Source: Felis catus (Eukaryota). From it: DNA of 64,000 bases. Below, one piece after another: positions 45,760-58,669 of this stretch. The position numbers were made by a program, and so were the translations under genes. The DNA lies in contig NC_058368.1 in assembly GCF_018350175.1 (NCBI RefSeq), forward strand, positions 35,652,001 through 35,716,000. The letters are read 5' to 3'. The notes below the pieces were generated by a model, which saw nothing but the letters and a program-made list of their open reading frames with translations, did not search any database and had not been told where the DNA came from. The number at the start of each line of letters is the position of its first letter. The stretch's first letter is position 1.

Positions 45760-47160
45760 ATCTGATGCTTTCCTAGGCACAGATGAGAAAACACAGACTC
45801 AGGTCCTCACGTGTTTAGGAGAGGCAGAAATGTAAATTAGTAATTTAAATAATATGTCAGATTCCAGGAGAGAAGCCTCAAAAGGGAAGAGCAGGCCCAC
45901 AAAGGAGGGTGGGCATAGCTCTGCCTAGAAATTTGGGAGTCAGGGGTGAAGTAGATCTTGAAAGGCAAATGATGTGTTTGCTTCCAGTTGTGGAGTGGAA
46001 GAAAAGAGCGCATTCCTGACTGGTAGCTAGTCTCCAAAGACAGTCACCATCAATTCCTTCCCTCCTCATGCATGTATCATGTATATGCACTATGTTCCTC
46101 ACATCAAGAGCTGGAACTAATTCCCCCACCTTAGAATATGGACTAACCTTAGTGACTCCTTCTAACTAGTAAAATGTGGCCGAAGTATACTGTGCAACTT
46201 CTAGACTAGGTAAGAGAGGACCATGCCACTTCTACCCAGTCTGTTTGGGACGCTTGCTCTTGAAACCTAAGCACCATGTTGTGAGGAAGCCCAGGCCACA
46301 AACAGGGACCCATACGGAGAGGAACCAAGGGCCCCCAGCTGTCAGCTCTGGTCGAGCTCCCAGGCCACAGCCACTATTAATTGCCAAACATGTAAATGAG
46401 GAAACCTTTGAGATGACTCCAGCCCCAGCCACCATCCGACCCAAACTCATGAGAGAACCAAAAAAAAAAAAAAAAAAAAAAAAAAATCACCTCATGGAGT
46501 CCAATCAATCTCTACTACCATGAAAGACAATAATAGTAAATGATTGTTGGTTTCAGTTATAATGTTTTGGAATGCTTTCTTACATAGCAATAGAAGACTA
46601 GAACACAGACAATGGAGGAAGCCAATGGAAGGGACAGGGACACTGAACAAGAGCGTGACTTTGGGCATCATAGGCTCTCCCAGAGATTGAGGAAAGGGAA
46701 AAGGAAAGCTTGGCATAAAGCTGCAGGATCAGGGGCAGGATATGGACACTTGTTGATGCCATATCAAGGGGGAAGGATTCTATCATGGGGGCAATGAGGA
46801 AGCCATTGAGGTCTTGGTGGGGGAAGAGAGGTTAATAGGATAAGATCTGGGGAAGCCCATCTAGCAGCAGTGTGCAGAAGGGTTCGGCCTGTAGAGAATA
46901 CTGTGTTCTTCCCAGCAGGAGAGGATGAGGGCCTTGAAATAAAGTGAGAGCAGAGGAGATGAAGGGGCAAAGATAGATTTAAACATGCTAATGGAGATAA
47001 TCTACAGGATTTGGAGATTGTCCGGGTTTGAGACTGAGGGGAGGAGAAATTAAAACTCATTAATTTATTACATTCTGATTGAGAGCATACTAAGTACTAA
47101 GCATACTTCTGGGCCCTGAGGATAAAATGGTGAATAAGACATTTGGGGCTCTCATGAATT
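45760..47160 (-). mobile_element. L2 fragments, interrupted by an MLT1 LTR
   Basis: Purine-rich antisense L2 motifs (GAAGCCATTGAGG..ATAAGATCTG..TGCAGAAGGG; GAGGATGAGGGCCTTGAAATAAAG). Confidence 0.55.
46020..46604 (+). mobile_element. MaLR solo LTR (MLT1F/G-like)
   Basis: GTGACTCCTTCTAACTAGTAAAATGTGGCCGAAGT..CACCATGTTGTGAGGAAGCCCAGGCCAC..TTACATAGCAATAGAAGACTAGAACA. Confidence 0.8.
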
Positions 47161-47706
47161 TATATTCTAGTGCAAAAGAAAAACAAATGGTTTGAAGTGA
47201 GTTTAAGACTCAATTTCCAGTTAATGCCTTTCTTATTAATTTGTCTTATCATTTGTCATGAAGTATACAGGAGAAATGGACAATTTTCCAGAAAGTAAAA
47301 TGAACTCCTTAATTCAATATTCTAATTGTGATCCATGAAGGAGATTATCTGGGTACTCGGGCAAATTCAAGACATGTTTTTGAACTTTTGATACTGTTAG
47401 ACTCCACATGGAAATCCAGACCCATGGGGTCCAAGGAGTACTCTAGGATGTCTATTGTGGTCTTTGATCCCTGATACCAATGGCACATTGCAAAAGGAAT
47501 CATGAATGATATACTTTAGCCAGGAATGAAGTGATTTTCACTCATTTTTCTATAATCACGCACATATTGATTCAATAAATATCCATCATTCTGACGGCTG
47601 GACATGTTACAGTGAAAAAGAGAAAGAAAATCCCTTAGTTCATGGGGCTTATATTGTTTTTAGGAGGACAGATCATTAAACTGGTAAAGAAACAACATAG
47701 TATCAA

Positions 47707-48168
47707 TGTATTAGCTTCCTTTTGCTGTCATAACAAAATACCATAAACTTAGCGGCTTACAACACTATACATCTATTACAGTTCTGGAGTTCAGAAGTCT
47801 GAAAATTGATCTTATGGGTTAAAATCAAAGTGTCAGCAAGACTGTATTTCTTCTAAGAATCCATTTCCTTGCCTGTCCAGCTTCTCAAGGTTACCTTCAT
47901 TCCTTGGCCTACAGCCCCCTTCCCACAATGGAATCACTCTGACTTCATCTTCCCTTGTCGTATCTCATTCTCTGGCCTGATCCTCCTGTCTCCCTTTTAT
48001 AAGAACTCTTATCCCTCCCAGATTATCCAGCATGATTTCTTCATCTCCATATTCTTACCTTAATCATGTCTGCAAAGTCCCTTTCACCATGTAAGGTAAC
48101 ACATATATTGGTAGATTCTGAAGATTAGGATTCAGACATCTTTGGGGACCATCATTCAGCCAACCGCA
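47707..48168 (-). mobile_element. MaLR solo LTR (MLT1C/D-like)
   Basis: TGTATTAGCTTCC..GCTGTCATAACAAAATACCATAAACTTAGCGGCTTA...ATTCAGCCAACCGCA. 5-bp flanks ATCAA / GTCAA. Confidence 0.85.
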
Positions 48169-48169
48169 G

Positions 48170-50130
48170 TCAAGTACTGATTGCTATGAAGAAAAATAAA
48201 GCAAGGCAAGCAGATAGAAAGTGTGACTTGGAAGAAAAGAATTAAAGATGAGGTCAAAAGGGGGATCTGATTATGTAAAGACTAGGGATTTTGTTCTTGG
48301 GATGTTAGGAAAACTAAAGGTGTAGAATGATTTGGCATCTGGTTTTGAAGGTTCATTTGATGCTGTGTGTGAAGAACATCCAGGAATTTCATTTCCAAAG
48401 AGGAACAGGAAAAAGGGACTAAAGAGCAATGTATGGTCAAGGGAGGTGGTTTTTTGTTTCTGTTTTGTTCCTTTTATTATTATTAGTTTTTTAATTGGAG
48501 ATACTAGCAAGTCAATGTGCTGATGGGAATTGTGTAGTAAAGAGGGGAAACACATGACACACAAAGAAAAGGGGTTAAAGCAGAGGCAAGGTCCTGGACT
48601 GGGAAAGAGGACAGGAGGATACAGTGTACAAGTAGAGGGGCTCATTTCTGATAGGAACAGAGAGACCTTTCTTTCTTCATTAACAAGGAGGGGAGAGTGG
48701 AACAAGAGGGAAGAGACACACAGGGAGACCAGTACATTGTACCTGTTTTCCTGGTGAAATAAACAGCAAAGGCATTGTTAAACATGAGTGTGGGAGAGGA
48801 AATAGTAGTCATAAGAAAGAAAAGTAAGTGTGACATATTTATCCAAGAGAGTGAGAGAATGCATTGACTATGAAAATGTCCTGGGCAATAGTGAAAGCCC
48901 CTCAAGGATGGTAGTCATTAATTTAAAGCCAGCATGGTGTATGCTTCTTCCCAGCCACAATCAGCTGCTCAGAAAAAGTAATGGAGAATGTGAAAAGCTT
49001 GATTTAATCAGGGTTAGAGGTTTGAATGGATATGAACACAATGGAGAGAGAAGGGACAGAATTTGAGGGTGATGCAAGGGAGCAATTGTAAGTCTGGCTA
49101 TGGCATCTAAGTTGAAGAAAGGAGGGAACTGAGGGCATGGGGCAGTGAAGGACAGTAGAAGGAGGTAGCGTCAATGGATGGAAGGTCCCAGGTGGGTAAA
49201 AAATTATTGGCATGAGGGTGTTAAAGTAAGTGAGCTGGAAAAATAGGAGATAGTGATCAGAGTAGGGTGCCTCAAATTGAGATTTTTGAGGTGATATAGG
49301 TACTGGTAAGTAAGCATACCAGGGGTTTGTATAACTAAGGGGCAATGGAAGATAAAATTATTAGATGCAAGGCCAAGGTGTTGAATGAATTATCCATACA
49401 GATATTTAAAAACATAAAGAATAATAACAGAGAGTGGTGGAGAAATTTCCAGTAATCCAAGGCCCAAATTCTTCAACAAATAAAAACAAAAGATTGGAAG
49501 AATGGTGATTATTAAAAGGAGGGCTACCAAATAGTACAATTACAGACATTTGAGGTGACCAGGGAAAATAATGGTAATAGATGGTAATAAAAAGCATGGC
49601 CACTCTGTGGGGTGCCTGGGTGGCTGTCGGTTAAGCATCCAACTTCAGCTCAGGTCATGATCTCACTGTTTGTGAGTTTGAGCCCCATGTCTGGCTCTGT
49701 GCTGATGGCTCAGAGCCTGGAGCCTGCTTTAGATTCTGTGTCTCCCTCTCTCTCTGCCTCTCTCCCCTGCTCACACCCTGTCTCTGTCTCTCAAAAAATG
49801 AATAAAAATGTTAAAAAAATAAAAAAAAAGCGTGACCACTCTAGGTATGGTGGTGGGAAAGAAAACAGCCATCATTTGAAGAGAGCTACAGCAAAAGCAC
49901 TGGCTTCAAGGGACAGCCAGATTTCCATAAGAGCAAGAAGATTAAAGGAACTTTGAGGATTTAGGGGATTTTGCTGATGACACTCTGAGTTCTAGAGAAT
50001 ACAGCTGTAAAATTTAGGGGCTTGGAGGAGTAGGAGCTTAAGCCAGGAGAGAGCTACACAGAACTGTAATGGGGTTAATGCCCTGGGAGGCTTGGGCTTT
50101 CTGTGGGGACTGTGGTCACAAGGGATATAG
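48170..50130 (-). mobile_element. Long L2 internal fragment, split by a SINE
   Basis: Extended purine-rich decayed sequence with L2-like motifs. Boundaries approximate. Confidence 0.5.
49609..49829 (+). mobile_element. Can-SINE (SINEC_Fc family)
   Basis: Typical body. TSD AAAAAGC(A/G)TG(G/A)CCACTCT at 49589-49606 and 49825-49842. Confidence 0.95.
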
Positions 50131-50154
50131 GGAATCATGGGATTAATCTTAGGG

Positions 50155-50345
50155 CAAGGGTCAGTAAGCATTTTCTGTAAAGATAGTAAACACTGCAGGC
50201 TATGTGGAACATTAAGTTCTCTGCCACGATCACTCAGCTCTGCCATTGCAGAGCAAAAGCAGCCTTTGACAATGCATAAATGAATGGGGGTGGCTGAGTC
50301 CCAATAACACTTCACTGCAATAAACTGGCAGTTAGCTGACCCCTG
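50155..50345 (+). mobile_element. MER58A (hAT-Charlie MITE)
   Basis: CAAGGGTCAGTAAGCATTTTCTGTAAAG...AGCTGACCCCTG termini. 8-bp TSD TCTTAGGG / TCTTAGGT. Confidence 0.85.
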
Positions 50346-52725
50346 TCTTAGGTGTAGTTGGTTGATGAATTCTGGGGACTATAATTCAGGCAGTTGCAGG
50401 GATATAGCAGGTAGAGGTGGTTCAGGAGAAGGGTGATAAGGATGGTGTTCTCACTGGAAATTCATGTTCTTCTAGGGCTCTCCATCCTGCCAGTGGAGTG
50501 AGAGCCAGGTACTCTCCTGTGTGACATTTGGATCTCTGTAGGCCCACGCAGATCCTGCTGTGGCGTCCTGGGTTTCAGCTAGAACAATGTGTGGATGGTA
50601 CAGTCTTCCTCCCAGATACAAGTGATGAGAGAGAGCCATTTTTCAGGGAAAGATGGTGAATTTCATTTATAATGTTGCCTATGATTTGTCTATGAGACAT
50701 CAAAGTAGAGATGACCAGGAGCCGGTTGGGATACGGAGCTCAGAAAATGTCTAGTTGGGACATGTGGAGGAAGGCATTGTTCTTGGGGAGGAAATACATT
50801 GAAGTCTCTCCCAGGCTCCAGTTGGAGGTGATCTCCCTGGGAACATTGAAGGGCAGACAGAGATACCCAGTTATAAAAATCCCCTCTGAGTCCTGAAGTT
50901 CTCAGTTGTATATATTGACAGAATCAATCTCATGTTTTCCGAATCACATCCTCATTTTATGCTAGATGAGCACCAAGGTTCTGCAGAGTAGAAGACAAAG
51001 TTTCTACCATGCACGGATCAGTGAGATGCGTTACTTGAGTGAGGTTGTATACCGAGAAATGAATGCATGGAAAAAAGTCTTGAATCTTCTGCAGTTTTTC
51101 AGTACAGCAGGACTCATTAATGAGTTGGCAGGATGAAATCCCCTTCCCCCTTTTGATGACTCGTTTTCTGGCCCATCATCACCTCTAGGAAAGGACAAAG
51201 AAATAAGAAGGTGCTATGTAAATCTTTTGACATTACTACAAATTAATAGCTTCTGTAGAGAGAAGTAATAGAAACGGTTGCATAAGAGGACATTTTCAGG
51301 TTGTGTCTTTGCCCAGAGAACCCAAGAAAGTTGGGATGAGGTAGTGGGAAAGTGGTTTGTACTGGGAATCTGAAGACCTGGACTTGAGGTGCTTAGGGCA
51401 CAAATAGGACACCTGACTTTGGATTCCTCACTTAACCTCTCTGCACCCGTGTTTTCACTTATAAAGCATCAACTATGTGCCAGGCCTGTGCTGGACACCT
51501 TATATCCTTCTTGTTTCATTTAATAATTCCCACCTAGAACAAGATTGGATGAGAACCCCATACGAGGCGGATCCAAAAGCACTTTGTAGACCATAAAGCA
51601 ATATGCCAACATAAGGCGGTATAGAACACTAATTGTTTCCAGTACTTTAAATAACATAAAAACAATAAGTTTGCCCATGCTGAAAGCCTCATTTTTTGGT
51701 ACAATTTTCTCTTTTGGTCTGTCTTTTGTTATTGTTTTTAGGTTAAGGAACCAAATCACCCATTTATTGTTTAAGTTTTAGATGAAAATTGCAAAACTCA
51801 GAAAAGGGAAGGTGAAACGAGAAAACTCTTAGGTGACCTGAGCCCCAATCCTCTTACTAAATTTGCTGTGCCTTTTATAAACCCACAGTCTGCTGCCCTT
51901 TCTAAAGCTCCCCTAAGCAAAGTAAAGGGTTTGGAAAAGGAATCCATAGGGGTGCTCTTTCCTGGACTGAGACAGCACTGCCATTAGAGTATGATGGCAT
52001 TCTTGCATTATAATTTACACCTGCATTTCATGCATTTTATTCACTGCCAATAATTATTGAATAATTACTGTGTTCTCCCACTGTGCCCTCTCTTTGTACT
52101 CCCACTTCTTCCTAGGGTTTCAGCTAGATTGTTGCCTTTTGAAAGTTTCCTTCCTTCTGAAAAGGAGGCAGGTGGTTTGTAATTCTTAGTTTTGAGCCAA
52201 GCATTTAAATAGGCAAGCTTTTAACCCAGTAGCCTGTCCTGTCTGTTTGGTTTCTATGTACACTGTTTACTGGGAGAATAACAGGAAGTAGTTTGTCCTG
52301 GGAAGTCACTTTTGCTTAAAGACCTCAAAATTCATGTGTTTGTGACTCCCATGTTACCTATTTTCGTGTAGCATCTTCCAAATTTGCTAAGCTGATTTGA
52401 ATTGAGATAAATTAGATCATTTGCAGCCCAACTTGCCTGCCAACTTCAAATTGGCACTGGAAGCACTTTATCTATGTTTGGGGGTTTGTTGGAAGACAAA
52501 ATCATCAAGACTTAGCCACACTGAAGTTTGTTTTGTTTGCCTGTGTGGGAAAACAAGCTAAGTCCTGCTTTTTGTTGTTGTTGTTATTATTTTCCCTTTG
52601 CTGCAAAAAAATGATTCCCCAATTACCCAGTTAGTCTGTCTTGGTATCCATTCTCTAACTCAGAAGAGAATCTTGGCTTCTTTCCAGGAAACACATAAAA
52701 ACTTCAGAAATGATAGATCAATCTT

Positions 52726-52965
52726 GGGGCACCTGGGTGGCTCAGTTGGTTAAGAGTCCGACTTTGGCTCTGGTCATGATCTCACCATTCCCGAGTTCAA
52801 GTCCTGAATTGGGCTCTGTGTTGACAACTCAAAGCCTGTTTCAGATTCTGTGTTTCCCTCTCTATCTCTCTCTGCCCCTGCCCCGCTTATGTGTGTTCTC
52901 TGTCTCTCTCTCTCTCTCTCTCTCTCAAAGTAAATAAGTATTTTTTAAAATTTTTTTAAAAAAGA
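52726..52965 (+). mobile_element. Can-SINE
   Basis: GGGGCACCTGGGTGGCTCAGTTGGTTAAG head. Degenerate TSD AGAA(A/G)TGATAGAT. Confidence 0.93.
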
Positions 52966-54289
52966 AAGAAAGAAGTGATAGATAAGTGTCCAGGGCTAGC
53001 TGTAATCCAATTGCTTGATTTTCAGCATCTTTTAGCCATTCTGATATAACTGCTCCCAGGGAAGATTTTGTTAAGACTAGAATCTCAGTCCTTTATGTTA
53101 AAAACCTTTAACTACTCTTGGAAGGAAGTTAAACTTCTGTCACACCCAGAGGAGTGCTTATTCTGCATCTTCAAGTGTTTATTGAGTTTTTGTCACATAT
53201 TTTATAACCAAAACAAACCTCAGCATATGACAGTTTAATAACCAAGTCTTTCTTGAGACTGATTATCAAAATGGAGACAGAAGCTGTTCTGGAGTCCAGA
53301 TCTCACAGCTGCTTTGTGTGTTTCGTCAACCTTAGAACTTGCAACCAAAATGACTCAAGCCCTCGTATTACAGAGTAACGGAATGCTTGTTAGAAGGCAA
53401 GTTTGATTGGATAAATATGGATGCCACTGAAATTGGTAGTATGACATAACAACTAACACTTGCTAAGGCAGAGTTGTTTACTTTACACTCATTTCTCGGT
53501 CCTCACATCAAGGTCTCCATTAAGTAGGTAGGTGAAAGGTAGGAAGTTATCTTATCCTTTGCTTCACACCAGAAGAACTGAGCTACTTGGAATTGGTTTG
53601 GAAATCTAAGCTTACAACACAAGGAGTTTCCAATGAGGAAACTTCCATTGAGGAGTTTCCAAATGGTTTTCCCATAAGAAAAGAGATGATGATAAATAGT
53701 GTCATAGGAATGTTTGAAACTTCATTTTGTTTCATTGTAAATAATACATTCCTTTAAATAATATTCCTTTGCAAGAACATATGTCACCCCACCAAGCCAT
53801 CTCTATTGTGAAAACCTCAGATTTGGAGGATGATGAATTGGCATCCCTAATGCCTCAATTATTATAAAATGTTTGATAGAGATGAAGTCTGCCTCCATGT
53901 ATTGTTTTTAGACATTGGTCAATTCATTCATTTAATAAATTATTATTGAACATCTGCTACGTGCTAGATATTTTACTAGGTACTGGTGGTAAAACAAAGC
54001 ATAGCCCCTGCCTTCTATAGGATCCTCAGCAGCTACTAAAAGTAAAATTAGAATCAAAAGCTAGGAGACAAAATAGATCAAGAAATGACTGGTCTCATGA
54101 AACAATCTGCACACAGCCAAGATGTTCAAACACAGCCAATAAACACATGTGCTGGTATTGAGTCGGAGCTACTATCCAACCCAAATACAGTAAACGGAAG
54201 AAGTTGAAATAACTACCCGAATTAATTTACTCAGACCAGATATTTATTGCTCACATACCTTTTCCTGCACTCACAAAAGTCATAGTGCT

Positions 54290-54672
54290 TATTCACCAGT
54301 TTCTCCCGCAGATTTTCCTGGCTGTGTAGATATCACCACATCTTTCAGTTCCCTAAACCAAATTGTGGGAGTCTGTCTCCATTCTTCTTTCTTCCCCAGC
54401 CTCTCAACCCCAACACAATCCAGAAACAAACTTTGCCAATCCAAACGCACCATGAGTCTACCCTTTCCTCCGACCTCCATAGTCTCTATCCTTGTCCAGC
54501 CCCACTGTCTCTTACCTGACCCACTACAATGGAGTCCTCACCATCTCCCTACTTCTACTCTTCCTTTCAACCCCAACACACACAGCATGCATTCTCAACT
54601 CAGCAGCCAGAGTGAATTTTAAAAATAGATACCAGTTAAATGTCAATTATATCTCAATCAAAACCAAACCAG

Positions 54673-54704
<32 letters not shown>

Positions 54705-55210
54705 AATGAAACGAGAATGTGCTACTTACCAGTGTAAAGTGGCTTCCCCACATATGGAATAAATTCCAAACTCTTTTGGGGGCTATCGAGGCACATATGA
54801 GCTAGCCTCTGTCTTTTTCTCCAAGCTCAACCTCTCCCATTATGGCTCACCTCAAGCCATACTGGCCTTAGTGTGCTTTAAATTCACCAACTTACATCCC
54901 AAACTTGAGCCTTTGTACAGGTTCATTCTTATCTTTATATAGATGATGCCCTCATCATTCAGACCACCACATAGAGTCACATCCTCAACACTTGTTCTCT
55001 CCCTTCACCATCATATCACTAGCAACTCCACATACCACTTACCACAACCTGGGGGTTTCCTTCTCTATTAGCTTATTGGATGGTTTGTCTACCACCACTA
55101 AAGTGGAAGCTCCGTGTTTATCTGGTCTGTTGTGTAACTATGGTTCCTGAAACCATGCATGACAGCATATTGGATGCTCAACAAATATCTGTGCAATGAA
55201 TGGATGAATG
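54290..55210 (+). mobile_element. L2 3' portion, containing a (CAA)n run at about 54675-54703
   Basis: Pyrimidine-rich L2 body ending GATGCTCAACAAATATCTGTGCAATGAATGGATGAATG, the L2 tail. Confidence 0.7.
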
Positions 55211-55260
55211 ATGTCAGCCAGAAAAGGAGTAGGGGGTGGAGCTGGAGAGAGAAAAATTGA

Positions 55261-55323
55261 GAAGAAGAAGAAGAAGAAGAAGAAGAAGAAGAAGAAGAAG
55301 AAGAAGAAGAAGAAGAAGAAGAA
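55261..55323. repeat. Perfect (GAA)21 trinucleotide repeat
   Basis: Directly visible. Confidence 0.98.
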
Positions 55324-55329
55324 AGCTGG

Positions 55330-55720
55330 AAAGATGTTGGCCAAGCAGGAAGAAGTACAAGAGCCTGAGAGATTGTGAGAGGAATAGACTGAGTTTAAGA
55401 CTGAGACTCCAAGAACAGAAAGTTAAATATGGCAGGTATATAAAGTGGGGTGGGGAAGAGGGTGGAAAGGTGAAGATGGAGAGGCGAGCAGCAGACAGAG
55501 CATCAAGAAGTCTGAAATCCAAGCATCAGTGTTTGCGCTTTATCCTCTGGAACCCAATTAAGAGTTTTAAGCAGGGGAGTGATAGGATCAGATTTGTGTT
55601 TTAGAAAGATCACTGTGGCTGTGGTGTAAAGCATGAATTAGAAGAGGGAAGACAGGAGAAAAATTATGTTAACAGAAAGGAATGGTCAGTGTGGCAGCTT
55701 AAACAAAGAGGAGTCAGAAA
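55330..55720 (-). mobile_element. L2 fragment
   Basis: AGAGTTTTAAGCAGGGGAGTGATAGGATCAGATTTGTGTTTTAGAAAGATCACTGTGGCTG is a canonical antisense L2 motif. Confidence 0.8.
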
Positions 55721-55809
55721 GCGAGGATTTGGCAGTGTTTTTCCAACACTGTCAGGGAAGAGGCAGTAAATCTGAGAATCTGAGCATTCCAGTGAGTGCA
55801 GAGGAAGTA

Positions 55810-56015
55810 TATAATGGCGGTTAAGCATCTGGGCTTGGAGTCAGACAGACCTGGGTGTAACCTCAAATCTATCACTCTGTAGTTTATGTGGTCTAGCACA
55901 AGTTATCAATTCTAAGCCACAATTTTCTCTGTAAAGTAGGAATAATAATGGTGAGCATGTAAACTGCCTAGTCCTCTGCCTGATGTGGTATGGGTGCTAA
56001 ATACATGTTAGTTCT
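55810..56015 (+). mobile_element. MIR SINE
   Basis: GGTTAAGCATCTGGGCTTGGAGTCAGACAGACCTGGGT..CTGTAAAGTAGGAATAATAAT..GTGCTAAATACATGTTAG. Confidence 0.75.
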
Positions 56016-58199
56016 GTCACATTATTAGTTGCACTGTGTTAGGGGCCTGGTTAAATCTACTAAGTCCCTTTGTGGCCTGGATGAACCGTGCCCCAATAGC
56101 CTTCCCCTCTTTTGGTGTGATTCTTGGCAAATCACACCGGGAAACTGATTATTACCTTATCTTCCTATATACCTGAGGAACTCCTGCATATCCTGGCTGT
56201 CAAAAACACCCCATATTTCTCAGAGAACCCTGGATTTATATCTAGTCTGTTTCCAGTTTGGTTAGTTCGAATGAGTCCCCTGAACTTACTGATCTCTGGA
56301 AAAAAACAAAAACACAAAAAACCAAAACCAAAGAGTGAGATGTAGGGTCTGGAAGACTGAAATGCAGGCGCTGGACCAGGGGCTGCACAAAGGAGGCTTA
56401 CCCCCAGGAGAGTGCCTACCAGGTTGTTCCAGACAGCCGGTCCCGGTTGTGCCACGTGGAGTTGTGTGCTTGGAATGTAACGTTCTTCTACATGATAATT
56501 CTTCCACTACTTAAAATTTCCTTTTTTTTTCTTTTACCACCCTCCCCCATATCTTTCCTGGAAGATGAATATCCACATAGAATAAGAAATAGCGAGGGCC
56601 GTTTTACAGTGCTGAGCTTCAAATGCATCAGGAGTGATGCCCGCCTATGCATTTGATGTGTTTTTCTTTTAATCTGTCTTTGGGGGGAAGAGCTATATCT
56701 GTTAGAGACTTAATATTTTTAGAAATTTAATAGGCTCATTTGGAGGTAAATATTTTAAATGGGCCACCCATGCGGTGCATTAACTGTACCTTACTGTGAC
56801 ATTATCACAAAGGCCTTAGACCTTAGGGACTGAGAAACCTTTTAACACTCTGTTTAGTAAACGGTAAACCCTTGGTTGATGATCTAAGTTCACTTTCCCT
56901 TGGTGTAGATCAGGCCTCTGAGGCGGGTGATATTTCAGTCATTTGAATGTCAGTCTAAAAGCACGAACATCTCTGCTGCACATCATCAGAGCCCCGGGTC
57001 ATTTACACTTGTGGTTGTTTTACTTCACAGCCCAGAGCCTTCCCCGAGCTGCTGTCATTCTGACCCTGAGGCTGCCCTTCACAGCCTTCTGACTCCACTC
57101 CCAACATCCTCTTTCAAGCTGACACAGAGCAGAGGCTGACCTTGTCCCATCAACCACTTACCCACACAGACCCAATTAATCTTTGGTTGCCAGTCAGTCT
57201 AACTCACTTCCCTCCTTGAATACTATAGAATCTCACAGAGGGGATGCTTTTGGCTTCATTTGCTTCCACATAGGATGAACTGTGGCGGAAACATAGACAG
57301 CTGCCCTGTGGAATGATTCAAGGACCCCTGATGACCAAAGGTGTCTTCTTGTCAGCGTGTCAGGGCATGGGAACTCCCATCCCTCTCTGTTGCTCCTTGG
57401 GGCTTCTCTCCAAGGATAAGGAATTCCTAGAATAATTAACCACTCGTATCCAACCAAGGAGTCTGTCCTAAGACAGATTCCATGCAAGGATAAGGGTAAG
57501 GATGAGAAAGAGCACTGAAGGAGGAATTAGTGTCTTGAGATGTCTGAGGGCACTTGGTACCTATGAGTAGCAGGTGCCCAGGTGAGGGGACAACATGATT
57601 CTAGAATCAGGATAATCTGGGTTTAAGTTAATGAAACTGTGTGACCTGGGTAAGTTATGTTGTTTCTCTGAGGATATATACATCCAAAAGATAAATGATT
57701 CCCCATATGCAAAGGGCTTACCATAGTGCCATGTAGGTGTGTGATAATACAAATATCACTCATTGTCTAATTTAACTGTGGCCAGACGTGGCTTCAGTCA
57801 AGGTCACAAAAACACAAATCAGTTGCAGTTTCAACAAATGTAGGGCAGAGGTCTATAATGAGGATTCAGCTTTAGCTGTTCAGTATTTAGAACATTCGAA
57901 ATGCATTCAGATCACTGTAGGAAGGTAACTGTTGTCTACATGAGATGCTCAGGTTGGCACTGACTGACATGGATTTGATGAGCTTCTCATCCACAAATAG
58001 AGTGGAGACAGACTTGGGGAGTATGAGGCCTGATAAGGAAAAAGTCATTGCTAATGGAACAAGAAACTTGAGGGATAGGGAAGGTCAATGGTCCAGCATG
58101 CTTTCCAACACAAGGAACAACATCCCATCACACTATCACTGGAGTTGGTGGGACCTAGGCTGTTCGTTGTGGCAAAAGTTGGGGAGTATATGTGCATCC

Positions 58200-58669
58200 T
58201 GAGGCAGGCAGAATAACAGCTGCTGCCTTCAAAGATGTCTATGTCTAATCCCTGGGAACTGTGAATACGTTAAATGACATGGTAAAGGAGAATTACGGTC
58301 ATTTATTGATCACCCGGAGGTGGGTGAGATTCTCCTGGATGATTGGGTGAGCCAAATGTCATCACAAAGATCCTTAAATGTAGAAGAAGGAAGCAGGCTA
58401 TGTCAGTGATAGCAGCGCAAGTCCTTCTTGTATCATTGCTGGCTTTGAAAAGGGAGGAAAAGGGCTATGAGGCAAGAAGTGAAGGGAAAGTCAAGGACAG
58501 ATTCTCCCCTATAGCCCCCAGAAGGAGCACAGCCCTGCGATACCTCGATTTTAGCCCAGTGAGACCCATGTTGGGCTTGTAATCTACAGAAGTATGAGAT
58601 AATAAATGTGTGCTGTTTTAAACCACTAAGCTTGTGATAATTTATTACAGTAGTCATAGAGAACACCTC
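58200..58669 (+). mobile_element. MaLR solo LTR (MLT1D-like)
   Basis: TGAGGCAGGCAGAATAA..AAAGATGTCTATGTCTAATCCCTGGGAACTGTGAATA..GATAATAAATGTGTGCTGTTTTAAACCACTAAG. Confidence 0.85.

Noticed and set aside
55138..55604. Poly-Arg, poly-Leu and poly-Phe ORFs
   Set aside because: These are translations of the (GAA)21 repeat and flanking L2 sequence.
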